This document shows positions 20,481 to 29,769 of a stretch of DNA of 53,122 bases, piece by piece. The stretch covers positions 74,154 to 127,275 of the forward strand of contig JAGXKM010000001.1 in the NCBI GenBank assembly GCA_018335275.1, written 5' to 3'. The notes under the pieces were generated by a model. That model saw only the letters and a program-made list of their open reading frames with translations, was not told where the DNA came from and ran no database searches. How positions within the stretch are numbered: position 1 is the first letter of the stretch; every line of letters starts with the position of its first letter. This stretch comes from Anaerolineales bacterium (GTDB lineage: Bacteria > Chloroflexota > Anaerolineae > Anaerolineales > UBA11858). Position numbers and translations under genes: made by a program.

Positions 20481-20757
20481 TTTTCACTCTCTATGCTAGA
20501 ACGATCCGGTATTCCAGAGAGATCCCCCTCTTTACTGCGCATATCAGAATTTCCGCAATTTAAAATATCTTCTTAATACCCGACCGTTATCGTCGGACAT
20601 CAGCAGTCATATATATATTAGGCATCATGACACGCTTATCGAACCCCATTTAAAATGGATGCTGATGGTGAACGTATTTCAATCAATAGAGGAGAAGTGA
20701 TTGGAACGAATATCACGTTCCTGGTTTTTCCTGCTGCAAAAGAGGAAAACATGTTCA

Positions 20758-21147
20758 CTATCCAGTCTCCAAAAGTTTTGATCGAATTAAGTTCACTAAT
20801 GTGTCTGGGTCATAGGGCTTTAATAAAAAGCCGTCTGCTCCAGCCTGTAATGCTTGTTCCCTAAAATCCTCACCCGATGTCATTAAAACGCGCGTACCGC
20901 GCCACATGGGCGTTCTGTGTATCATCTCCAAGATATCATATCCGTTGGTGTTCTCGCTCTGATCATTTTGAAAATAAACATCCAACAAAACCAAATCTAT
21001 GGGGTGCGCTTCCAACGTTTCCTCAATCCCTTTCTTTGTGGTCGCTGTAAAGACTTTATAACCTTCTAATTCCAAGAGCATTTTCAAGGAGGTTAAGATG
21101 GATTCTCTGTCTTCGACAACTAATACCTGGGACATAAGAAAAGTCAA
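20758..21147 (-). CDS. Single-domain response regulator (receiver)
   Basis: VLVVED, LVLLD, MTSG, GADGFLLKPY; overlaps the lon stop (alternative start 21135). Confidence 0.9.
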   Translation of the reverse strand: MTFLMSQVLVVEDRESILTSLKMLLELEGYKVFTATTKKGIEETLEAHPIDLVLLDVYFQNDQSENTNGYDILEMIHRTPMWRGTRVLMTSGEDFREQALQAGADGFLLKPYDPDTLVNLIRSKLLETG

Positions 21148-23705
21148 TTTCCTTCGGAAGGTGAAGGTGAACCGGAAGCGTACTCATTTCCCAAGGCTGC
21201 TTCCAAAACATCTTCTATTGTTTCCGCGAAGATGAAGTCAATCGCCTCTCTCACTTCCTCGGGGATTTCCTCAAGATCCGTTTGATTTCTTTTAGGTAAA
21301 ATCACCGTTTTTGATCCAGCTCGATACGCTGCGAGAACTTTCTCCTTTATGCCTCCCACAGGCAGTACTTGCCCGCGCAAGGTTATTTCCCCTGTCATAC
21401 TGACATTAGATCGAACCGGATGCCCTGAAACCAAAGATACCAGCGCAGTAGCCATGGTTACACCAGCGGATGGCCCATCCTTAGGTTGAGCCCCAGCAGG
21501 CACATGGAGGTGTACATCTTGATCTTGATAGAAATTTTCATCCAGCCCCAGCTGGTCCGCTTTCGACCGCACATAAGAAAGAGCAGCCCGGGCAGATTCT
21601 TTCATGACATCTCCCAGTGAGCCAGTCAGTTGGAAATTATTCTTCCCCGGCATAATCGAGGCTTCCACAAACAGCACCTCACCTCCTGTGGATGTCCAGG
21701 CTAATCCAGCAGCAACGCCAGGAACGGAGGTTCGCTCTTCGATCTCTTCATCGCCGTAATACTTCCGGCGCCCCAAAAATTCTCGGACAGACTCGGGAGT
21801 GACCTCCATGGCTTCACTGTGCCCTTCCGCGATTTTGGTCACCACTTTCCGGCAAATCGCCCCAATCTCGCGCTCCAGGTTTCTGACACCTGCCTCCCTC
21901 GTATAAGAGCGAATAATGGTCTGTAAGGCTTCATCGGTGAAGGATATTTCTTCCTCCCGCAGCCCATTCTCCCGTTTTTGACGGGGAATGAGGTAACCTT
22001 TGGCAATCTTGATCTTTTCCTTATCGGTGTATCCCGAAATTTTGATGATCTCCATTCGATCACGAAGGGGAGAAGGTATGGGTTCAAGCAAATTCGCTGT
22101 GGTAATGAACATCACTTTTGATAGATCATAGCCCACCTCCAAATAATTATCTCTGAATTCCGAGTTCTGCTCCGGATCAAGGACCTCAAGCAAAGCTGAG
22201 GTTGGATCCCCCCGGAAACCCTGACTGAGTTTGTCCACCTCATCCAACATGAAAACGGGGTTATTGGACTCTACCCGCCGCAAGGATTGGATGATCCGGC
22301 CAGGCATGGACCCGATATACGTTCGACGATGACCTCTGATTTCAGCTTCGTCTCGAATCCCCCCCAGGGAAGCACGAATGAATTTGCGACCCATGGATCG
22401 GGCGATGGAACGCCCGAGTGAGGTCTTCCCCACCCCCGGCGGCCCAACGAAACAAAGAATCACACCCTCCCGCACCTGGCGGATCTCATCTTCATATTCC
22501 TCTTCAAATTCATCTGCACGCTCCTTTCGCAATTTGCGCACAGCGAGGAACTCCAGGATCCTTTCCTTCACGTCCTCCAACCCGTAATGGTCTTCATCCA
22601 ATACTTTCCGAGCGTGGTCGATGGATAAGTTGTCTTCCGTGGTTTCGGACCAAGGCAGTGAGACCATCCAATCTAAATACGTGCGAATGACACCGTATTC
22701 CGCGGACGCCGAGGGAATGCTTGACAAGCGTTCCAACTCGCGTTTTACCTGCTTCTCTGCCTCTTCCGGCAACCCTGCTTCTTCCATCCGGCGCTGAAAT
22801 TCTTCCACTTCAGCAGTCTGTTTATCCCCTTCTCCCAGTTCAGAACGGATGGCTTTCATCTGCTCACGGAGGAAGTACTCGCGCTGGACTTTTTCGATTT
22901 CCGATTGAGCCTGTTTTTGAATCTTCTGGCCAATTTGAACCATCTCCAGCTCTCGAGTCAAGAAATTGACCAGTTTTTGAAGCTTCTCAGAAATCGTATT
23001 GAGCTCCAGTAATTCTTGGGCATCCTCTAAATCCATGCGCTGGAAGTTAGCGATGGTGTACACAATTTGAAGCGGATCTTCTAATGACATCACCGCATCG
23101 ACCAATTCCTGGGGAATCGAAGAGACCATATCTGTGATCTCTTTAAATTGGTCCTGTACCTGTCTGACCAGAGCATCAATCTCAATCCCAGTTTCGACCT
23201 GGCTGGAGTTAACTTCAATCTTGGCTTTTAAATAGGGCTCTTTTTCCGTGATCTCCAAGATGTTAATGCGTTTAATCCCCTGCACCAAGAGCCGGATGTT
23301 GCCATCTGGAGTCCGGAATAAACGGTGGACATTTGCCACAGTGCCCACACGGTACAGATCCTCAGGTCCTGGTTTTTCATCCCTGGGATCCTTAGAAGCC
23401 ACCAGGCCAATCAGGCGATCGTCATTGGAAACCACATCATCCACCAGCTTGATGGACCGGGGCTGGCCCACAGTTAAGGGGACCGCTGTTTCCGGGTACA
23501 CCACCAGACCCCGTAAGGGTAAAATGGGGATCTCCCGGGGGATCTTCTCAATCTGATCCCCTGATTCATCAAAATCGTCTTCCTCTCCAAGTCCTTCTAA
23601 ATCGGGAATGATCGCTTCTGAGAGGAAATCTTCTAAAGTAAGGTCCTCCCGGTCAAACCATTCTAATAGATCTAAAATTTCAGCGTTCCAACGTGATGCT
23701 GGCAT
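21144..23705 (-). CDS. lon: ATP-dependent protease La
   Basis: LPLR N-domain, GPPGVGKTS, LDEVDK, PKDGPSAG, GGIKEK. Confidence 0.98.
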   Translation of the reverse strand: MPASRWNAEILDLLEWFDREDLTLEDFLSEAIIPDLEGLGEEDDFDESGDQIEKIPREIPILPLRGLVVYPETAVPLTVGQPRSIKLVDDVVSNDDRLIGLVASKDPRDEKPGPEDLYRVGTVANVHRLFRTPDGNIRLLVQGIKRINILEITEKEPYLKAKIEVNSSQVETGIEIDALVRQVQDQFKEITDMVSSIPQELVDAVMSLEDPLQIVYTIANFQRMDLEDAQELLELNTISEKLQKLVNFLTRELEMVQIGQKIQKQAQSEIEKVQREYFLREQMKAIRSELGEGDKQTAEVEEFQRRMEEAGLPEEAEKQVKRELERLSSIPSASAEYGVIRTYLDWMVSLPWSETTEDNLSIDHARKVLDEDHYGLEDVKERILEFLAVRKLRKERADEFEEEYEDEIRQVREGVILCFVGPPGVGKTSLGRSIARSMGRKFIRASLGGIRDEAEIRGHRRTYIGSMPGRIIQSLRRVESNNPVFMLDEVDKLSQGFRGDPTSALLEVLDPEQNSEFRDNYLEVGYDLSKVMFITTANLLEPIPSPLRDRMEIIKISGYTDKEKIKIAKGYLIPRQKRENGLREEEISFTDEALQTIIRSYTREAGVRNLEREIGAICRKVVTKIAEGHSEAMEVTPESVREFLGRRKYYGDEEIEERTSVPGVAAGLAWTSTGGEVLFVEASIMPGKNNFQLTGSLGDVMKESARAALSYVRSKADQLGLDENFYQDQDVHLHVPAGAQPKDGPSAGVTMATALVSLVSGHPVRSNVSMTGEITLRGQVLPVGGIKEKVLAAYRAGSKTVILPKRNQTDLEEIPEEVREAIDFIFAETIEDVLEAALGNEYASGSPSPSEGN

Positions 23706-23711
23706 GAATAA

Positions 23712-24131
23712 TTATTCCTTCACCTCAACGCGTTGAGGGCTCCTCTTCGGTACTGTCAACTCTAAAAATCCGTCATGATACGCCGCTTCCGCTTTCTCAA
23801 CAATCACCGGCCTGTGTAATTTCACCGCACTTCGGAATTTTCCATAACCAATTTCTAATTGATGATAAGCACAATCCCTTTTAGGGCTTGGACGTGTCCC
23901 CTGGACAAGCAGGTATTGATCGTCAAGTGTGACCGATAATTCTCCATTTCCCATTCCCGCGATTTCTACGCGGATGAACAGGTAATCTTCGGTTTCATAG
24001 ACATCTGTAGGGGGGAACCACGCATCCGATCCGGAAACGATTTGCCAAGCAGATCGGGCGTTTTGCAAAGAACGAAAGACGTATCGATCTGCATTTATGG
24101 GTTTCACCTTCAAGATTACATCTACCATCAA
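23712..24131 (-). CDS. Small heat-shock protein Hsp20/alpha-crystallin
   Basis: PPTDVYET..VEIAG..L.V.G.R..YG.F...A.YHDGFL.LTVPK. Confidence 0.92.
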   Translation of the reverse strand: MMVDVILKVKPINADRYVFRSLQNARSAWQIVSGSDAWFPPTDVYETEDYLFIRVEIAGMGNGELSVTLDDQYLLVQGTRPSPKRDCAYHQLEIGYGKFRSAVKLHRPVIVEKAEAAYHDGFLELTVPKRSPQRVEVKE

Positions 24132-24272
24132 TCACATTCCATACTAAAGGGAGGTAACATTACCATCCAAGAAATAATTTTAGCACACAAAGAGGATTCT
24201 AAATTTCAAGAAGGAGGTTTATATACAAGGTTAATATTATCCGTAACCCCTCAAAAACTCCTCACAAAGGAG

Positions 24273-24346
24273 TACCCCCGGCAGGATTCGAACCTGCAAC
24301 CGTCGGATTAGAAGTCCGGTGCTCTATCCATTTGAGCTACGGGGGC
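24273..24346 (-). tRNA. tRNA-Arg(TCT), CCA not encoded
   Basis: GCCCCCG TA GCTC AAATGGATA GAGC A CCGGA CT-TCT-AA TCCGA CGGTT GCAGG TTCGAAT CCTGC CGGGGGT A; cloverleaf with one C-A mismatch in the anticodon stem. Confidence 0.95.
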
Positions 24347-24388
24347 ATACGTGGGAGTCGTTGGGGTAACCATCTCCTTTCCGTCTTT

Positions 24389-24817
24389 CTAGGTGGGTCG
24401 TATCCCTCTATAGACCCTTCGGCCAGAAATGGTCTGTAAGATTTTTTTCGGTGGGCGATCAAGTTCTTCCGCCAATTCTTCAGGGGTCATGGGTTGATTA
24501 CCATTCGCCAAAAACAAACGGAAGATCGCTTCTGTCAGACTGGTTTGTTTGGTGATAAAGGAGTCCTCTTTCGCGCAGTGTGAAATCAGAATATGCTGCA
24601 GTCCATCCACTTCCTGCACCTGAGCGGTTTCCGGGTCAATCCAATCCACTTTCTCGTCGCCAGCTAAGTCCGCGTACGTTTCTTTATGCTCGGGACACAA
24701 ACAACTCCTCAGGTGAACCCGCCAGGCTCGATCATGCTCCTGCCACCAATCGAAATCAATATGGTACGGCGTGTCAACGGTTGGTTTTAATAAGCTAGAA
24801 AGCTTGGGTTTTGGCAC
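24389..24817 (-). CDS. Hypothetical protein with Cys/His cluster and C-terminal HTH-like segment
   Basis: Strong RBS AAGGAG; HIDFDWW, CLCPEH, SHC, FLANGNQPMTPEELAEEL. Confidence 0.8.
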   Translation of the reverse strand: MPKPKLSSLLKPTVDTPYHIDFDWWQEHDRAWRVHLRSCLCPEHKETYADLAGDEKVDWIDPETAQVQEVDGLQHILISHCAKEDSFITKQTSLTEAIFRLFLANGNQPMTPEELAEELDRPPKKILQTISGRRVYRGIRPT

Positions 24818-24848
24818 CCGGGTACTCCTTCCTCTCTAACGGAAAGCG

Positions 24849-26432
24849 TTATTTTCCTTCCGAATCGTCAAACTGAAAATGCAAATCTCCCACATAAATG
24901 AACCAAGGCCGGGTCTCTAACAAGGACATCAGCGGTCCCGGGGGACATCGCTTGACAGTATTCACCGCCGCATAAAGTTCTGTGACATGCACATGGCCTT
25001 GGGGGTTGAGTTTTGTCAATTCTCGAACGGTATCGACCACAACGCGCTCAAAGGGGGGAGGAGATTTCTGATTCTCCCGCCACACCTCATCCACGGGTTC
25101 CACATCAGGTACCACAATCGCCATCCGCTCATTGTAATCCGTGGTCACAATCTGTTTCAAAGTGGCAAATACCAGTTCTCCATCTGAACCTACCAGAATG
25201 GTCCTCATCCAGTTTTTGGTCGCCCTTGAGCTTTCCGATTGGACAATCACTTCACCATCATTTTGACCGGGCTTAATGTGCACGATACCGCCCGGGATGA
25301 GACCCTTCTCTTCATACCAGTCCCGCAATCCATAGACGTATTTTTGCTTTCGAACAACCCAGCCGGGGAACTTCTCCCCTGTGTCTCCATCCACCAGCTT
25401 GAACCGAATTCTCGGTGCCTCATATGCGGTGGGAAACAAAGGTTTAACACGATCCGATAAAGGCAGGGTTCCCGCTCGCCAGTGAGGGAAGATGAGATTC
25501 ACCGTCACTTCTCCCTCTGCTCTGGAAGGAACATTATCCAGGTCATCTAACTCATCATCCAAAGATTTTTCGAGTTCCAGCATCTCATCCGTCAAGGTTT
25601 CACGATCGTAATCAATCCCTGAGTACCGGAGGTACAAAGGAGTTTTCTGCACACCTTCAGGCTCCATAGCTTTTAAATACCAGGCCACAATGCCCGCTGG
25701 GCCCACTTCATCAAAGCGATCGTCTTCCTGTAAAGCCAGGTCAAGAGAAAACTCAACCAAATTGGGATTGACTTCCGCTTCAAGCTCAATTTCATCCAGA
25801 ATTTCCTGCGTGGAAAGGGGTCCTCCCCCATTTAAATCCAATACGGCTTCTGCCAAATTCAAATGCCCTATATTGACATCCACCAATAAAGCTTTTGGAA
25901 ACCACCTTCCTGCTATCTGGACAAATTCTTCTTTGTCGATGAGACCTTTTTCCACTCGGTCTTCAAGCAGAGACCCTTGCTCTTTCAGGACAGCCTCTTT
26001 TTTCAAAGAGTCGGATTGGGAAGCTTCCGGTGGTTCATTCAAGGGATGATCATCAATGCCTGCTGCGAATTCAAGCTCTTCCCCATCTTCAAATTCGACT
26101 TGAATGACATCGAATTCTCCAATCGTCGGATTGCTCCCCTTCCGGGTCCCCACCACTTCCCCTTTTTGCCAATCAAATGCAGGGAAAACTAAACCTTGCC
26201 CCGGATCATATTCCTCTTTGGGAAAGTAAATCTCCCTCCCATCCAGGCGCTGTTTTTCCAGGCGTTCTTCTTCACGCTCAATACGCTGCTCAACAAGGAT
26301 GGGGGTCATCTCTTCCGTCGTCAACGGAGTTTCATGATCCAGCAAGTACTCATAGAGGAAATCGATATCCCCTTCCTCAAGTTCAAATTCCTCCCAATAA
26401 TCTTCACGCAGGGAGAGTAATGATGTAGCCAT
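24849..26432 (-). CDS. Acidic hypothetical protein with repeated winged-helix-like (HARE-HTH-like) segments
   Basis: 527-aa ORF co-oriented with the 142-aa gene; domain assignment is by pattern only. Confidence 0.8.
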   Translation of the reverse strand: MATSLLSLREDYWEEFELEEGDIDFLYEYLLDHETPLTTEEMTPILVEQRIEREEERLEKQRLDGREIYFPKEEYDPGQGLVFPAFDWQKGEVVGTRKGSNPTIGEFDVIQVEFEDGEELEFAAGIDDHPLNEPPEASQSDSLKKEAVLKEQGSLLEDRVEKGLIDKEEFVQIAGRWFPKALLVDVNIGHLNLAEAVLDLNGGGPLSTQEILDEIELEAEVNPNLVEFSLDLALQEDDRFDEVGPAGIVAWYLKAMEPEGVQKTPLYLRYSGIDYDRETLTDEMLELEKSLDDELDDLDNVPSRAEGEVTVNLIFPHWRAGTLPLSDRVKPLFPTAYEAPRIRFKLVDGDTGEKFPGWVVRKQKYVYGLRDWYEEKGLIPGGIVHIKPGQNDGEVIVQSESSRATKNWMRTILVGSDGELVFATLKQIVTTDYNERMAIVVPDVEPVDEVWRENQKSPPPFERVVVDTVRELTKLNPQGHVHVTELYAAVNTVKRCPPGPLMSLLETRPWFIYVGDLHFQFDDSEGK

Positions 26433-26579
26433 AGTTCTGCCTCAAATACATTAATTCAATGAAAAGGTATAGAAAAATATTGCCATTCAGCCTGTATATT
26501 ATACTCCACACATCCAGCAAGACAACCGACCCCGGTGAAATTATTCCTTTTGTGATTCAGAACCATTCCCCAAATATCC

Positions 26580-27989
26580 TCACGGATATCGGCTTTCCAG
26601 CCAGTCCACAGGATTCACCGGTATGCCCCCCACCCATACTTCCCAATGCAAATGGGGACCTGTGGAGCGGCCTGTATTTCCGACTTTGCCTATCAATTCC
26701 CCCGCTTTGACATTTTGGCCTTCAGCGACCAGAATATCTGATTGGTGAGCATAGACTGTGAACACTCCCCAACCATGGTTGATCATGGTCACCCCGCCGT
26801 AGATCAGGGAATCCTGCCCCGTATAAACCACTTCGCCGGGTGCAGCAGCATAAATATCTGTACCTATCTTTGCAGCAAAGTCATACCCGGAATGATAGTA
26901 ATGATATCCACTGCCATTAAATGATCTCCGAGTGCCGTATTCGCTGTATGGAGACCCTTGATTGTTATAAATTTCTGGTACCGGGACGGCAAAAGTGCCG
27001 CGCCAACTTTTTTGATTCTCCATCCGCGAAGCGTACTCAGCTAATTTATCATGTTCCTTTTGAGTCAGTTCAACCGAAACGGTTTCTGGCGGTAAGCCAT
27101 CAATGGACATGTATCCAAACCCTCCATCCCTGACCCTGACCAGCTGACGATGGGAAAAAGGTGTATCATCTTCCAGCTGCCCGTGCAGGGAAAGGAGTGT
27201 CAGCCCCGTTTCCGCCCTGGCATAGATGCCTTGCAGCGCCACATATCCGTCGTCCGTGGAGAAAAAGTGCAGCTGGTGGTCACCCAAACGGCCCTCCAGC
27301 TCTGTACCAGACGGGGCCGTGATCCGAAATACGGCTGTATCACCCTGCGCGATTCTGTCGGGCTCATATGCCACATCTTCAATCTCACCGGGAAACCCTC
27401 CTGGGCCGGGGTCTTCTCCCCCGGGAACGCGAATAACCTTTCCAGGAATCAGATCCCAAGTCCCTGCCAGGTCATTCTTGGTAACCACCTCCCAGGGATT
27501 AGCCTGCTCCTCCACAGCGGCTTCAAATAAAGATTGTCCCCTTGAGAGAGATTTTCGGTTCCCTTTCCTTTCAGGTAATGTTCCCTCTTCGTCGACCACT
27601 AAGACAACCGAAACCCCTTCATATAGCTCAAGGGGAGAGGTCAGGCGATTTAATTTGATCAACTTCTCTGGGCTGATTTGATAGCGAGTGCTTAAGCTAT
27701 CCAGGGATTCACCCAGGGGGACCGTTTTCGTGGTCAACACCCCCGTCATATCTCCCAGTCCTGGAATGGACAGCTTCTCTCCGGGGTGGATCGGGCTTTC
27801 TTCAGTGAGATCGTTTACTTCAAGTAGTTCCTGATAAGAAACATGAAACCGTCGGGCGATATTCCACAGCGTATCCCCAGATTTTATGATGTATATAGGT
27901 TGAGCAGGGACATCCTCCTGCGCCTGAACAGGTTGAATTAGCCCCAGCATTAAGAGAATCGTAAGACTAACGAGAAGATATTTCTTCAA
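26580..27989 (-). CDS. Secreted LysM-domain M23 metallopeptidase
   Basis: Signal peptide (..PVQA), LysM YIIKSGDTLWNIA, M23 motifs HSGYD, YAH, STGPHLHWE; TTG at 27989 after GGAG. Confidence 0.92.
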   Translation of the reverse strand: MKKYLLVSLTILLMLGLIQPVQAQEDVPAQPIYIIKSGDTLWNIARRFHVSYQELLEVNDLTEESPIHPGEKLSIPGLGDMTGVLTTKTVPLGESLDSLSTRYQISPEKLIKLNRLTSPLELYEGVSVVLVVDEEGTLPERKGNRKSLSRGQSLFEAAVEEQANPWEVVTKNDLAGTWDLIPGKVIRVPGGEDPGPGGFPGEIEDVAYEPDRIAQGDTAVFRITAPSGTELEGRLGDHQLHFFSTDDGYVALQGIYARAETGLTLLSLHGQLEDDTPFSHRQLVRVRDGGFGYMSIDGLPPETVSVELTQKEHDKLAEYASRMENQKSWRGTFAVPVPEIYNNQGSPYSEYGTRRSFNGSGYHYYHSGYDFAAKIGTDIYAAAPGEVVYTGQDSLIYGGVTMINHGWGVFTVYAHQSDILVAEGQNVKAGELIGKVGNTGRSTGPHLHWEVWVGGIPVNPVDWLESRYP

Positions 27990-28344
27990 ATTGTAACGTC
28001 TCTCCAAGAATAAAATCATCAAGTCTATCTGCTGCTAACTCCAACACATAACACGCTGGTTTTTTCGGTATATAAAAGGGGTGCCATTTCCGGGCCAAGC
28101 GGCGATCAACGATTTCTTGTTCGCGATCCAGCCAAAACACAGCTAAATTCATATTTACACCCAGCATGTGGATCGCTGTGTCAAGGCGACTTTCCCGGTT
28201 GAAAACCAATAACAAGCCTTCCTCACGATCAAGATGCTTACGAAAAGTCAACCCTCGTAAGCGGCAGAGAAATGACTGACAATACCTGGCTCGAATGGGG
28301 GGAGAAACCGGTGCCTGGGATTTCTTGATTAAAACTTCTTTCAT
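27967..28344 (-). CDS. DUF192 family protein
   Basis: RLRGL.FR...EGLL.F...IHM....L...WLD...YVLEL. Confidence 0.8.
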   Translation of the reverse strand: MKEVLIKKSQAPVSPPIRARYCQSFLCRLRGLTFRKHLDREEGLLLVFNRESRLDTAIHMLGVNMNLAVFWLDREQEIVDRRLARKWHPFYIPKKPACYVLELAADRLDDFILGETLQFEEISSR

Positions 28345-28382
28345 AAAATAGAAAGAGAATAAAAGTGAGTCAGGAATTCCCC

Positions 28383-28769
28383 TCAGTCTGAAACCTGAGA
28401 TAAGACATACTTCACGCGTTCAGACAACTCTTCCGGCCGAAAGGGTTTGGTTATGTAATCATCGACCTTTGCGACCTGCAAACCCAAGACCTTATCAATG
28501 CTCTGTACCTTAGCAGTGACTACTATCACAGGGATGTCTCTTGTCTCCTCATCCTCTTTTAAGTGCTGGTAGACCTGCCATCCATCCATGTCTGGCATCA
28601 TTAGATCCAACAGGATCAGGTCAGGTGTTTCCGCTTGAACCATTTTCAAGCCTTCTTCACCACCATTTGCGCCCAAGACTTCATATCCTTCCCGGGCCAG
28701 GATTAATTTCACAAGGTTTGTGGTTTCCGGTTCGTCTTCAATACAAAGTATTTTTTTCTTTTCTGGCAT
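28383..28769 (-). CDS. Single-domain response regulator (receiver)
   Basis: ILCIEDE, LLDLMMP, VVTA, DDYITKPF. Confidence 0.95.
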   Translation of the reverse strand: MPEKKKILCIEDEPETTNLVKLILAREGYEVLGANGGEEGLKMVQAETPDLILLDLMMPDMDGWQVYQHLKEDEETRDIPVIVVTAKVQSIDKVLGLQVAKVDDYITKPFRPEELSERVKYVLSQVSD

Positions 28770-28784
28770 ATGTAACTGTCCCTT

Positions 28785-28917
28785 CTCTGTGCTTAGGATA
28801 GTTTACCATAGGTGGGGAGCGGTTTCACCCCTGCCTGCCTGAAAAACACATCAGGATCACACATTTCAAGATCTCGGTTCTTTTATTGAAGATGTGCCCT
28901 ATCACTAAACACCAGAA
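28785..28917 (-). ncRNA. Candidate structured 5' leader RNA (unassigned family)
   Basis: About 17-bp bulged basal stem enclosing three hairpins, between a TATAAT (28956-28951) and the RBS of the receiver gene. Confidence 0.4.
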
Positions 28918-29094
28918 TTTAATTCACTCCAGGCCTGATTTCTGGGGATTATTATACACTGTCTTATTGGAAAAACCGCCACATCCTGCCCCAGTTGTGA
29001 GCGGGTTAAGAGCTGACGAGAGGGGTCCTTAAGGCAAGTAAGCTGGAGCCTCTCCAACCCTGAATGGCCTAAGCTCGGCATGATCACCCTTCCC

Positions 29095-29123
29095 TTGCCA
29101 CCTCATTGCCCCTAGACTATAAT
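29095..29123 (+). promoter_or_regulatory. Sigma70-type promoter of efp
   Basis: TTGCCA-N17-TATAAT. Confidence 0.7.
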
Positions 29124-29167
29124 CACAAAGCGATCCTGATCCGATGGAAAAATAAAAAGGTAAGAAC

Positions 29168-29725
29168 ATGATTGATGTAAATGAACTCAGAAAAGGGACC
29201 ACCTTTAAACTTGAGGGAAATATCTATAAAGTGCTTGAATACTCCCATCACAAACCTGGGCGGGGGAAAGCGACCATCCGGGTAGAAGTCAGGGACCTGC
29301 GCAGCGGCATCAGATTGAAGAAAAAATTTAACTCCGGGGATTCTGTCCAGGACATTCGATTGACATACCGCAACGCGAAGTTTTTATATCGGGATGGGGA
29401 TACATACCATTTCATGGACACAGAAACTTATGAGCAGCCAGCACTGAGAGGCGAAGCGTTGGGGGACGCGACGAAATTCCTTCAAGAGGACATGGAAGTG
29501 AAATTGACCTTCTACCAGGGAGAACCCCTGGATATTGACCTGCCTACAACCGTCGATCAAAAAGTCGTCCGGGCTGACCCTTCCGTCCGTGGAAACACCG
29601 CGACCTCTGTGACCAAAAGCGTGACAACAGAGGGGGGAGTAGAAGTGGATGTTCCCAATTTTGTTGAAGAGGGCGACATCATCCGCGTGGACACGCGCAG
29701 CGGAGAGTATGTGACCCGGGTCTGA
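29168..29725 (+). CDS. efp: Translation elongation factor P
   Basis: KPGRG.A, YEQ, RGNTA, VP.FV.EGD.IRVDTRSGEY.RV. Confidence 0.97.
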   Translation: MIDVNELRKGTTFKLEGNIYKVLEYSHHKPGRGKATIRVEVRDLRSGIRLKKKFNSGDSVQDIRLTYRNAKFLYRDGDTYHFMDTETYEQPALRGEALGDATKFLQEDMEVKLTFYQGEPLDIDLPTTVDQKVVRADPSVRGNTATSVTKSVTTEGGVEVDVPNFVEEGDIIRVDTRSGEYVTRV

Positions 29726-29769
29726 TCATAAACAGCCACCAGAATCATATTTCTTGGAAGTTGAAGAAT

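Noticed and set aside
24180-24202. CIRCE (HrcA) operator upstream of hsp20-lon
   Set aside because: Only a TTAGCAC half-site is present; the second arm and 9-nt spacer do not fit. It is better explained as the extended -10 TGCTAAAAT on the minus strand.
24200-24400. Prophage or island integrated at tRNA-Arg
   Set aside because: No integrase and no duplicated tRNA 3' end; flanking genes are housekeeping.
28770-28950. 6S RNA, FMN, lysine or cyclic-dinucleotide riboswitch assignment
   Set aside because: Only fragments of each consensus match, and the fold is multibranched rather than a 6S rod. Kept as an unassigned candidate.
29013-29060. Hammerhead ribozyme (CTGACGAG core)
   Set aside because: The stem is followed by CAAC rather than the required GAAA, and no stems I/III are present.
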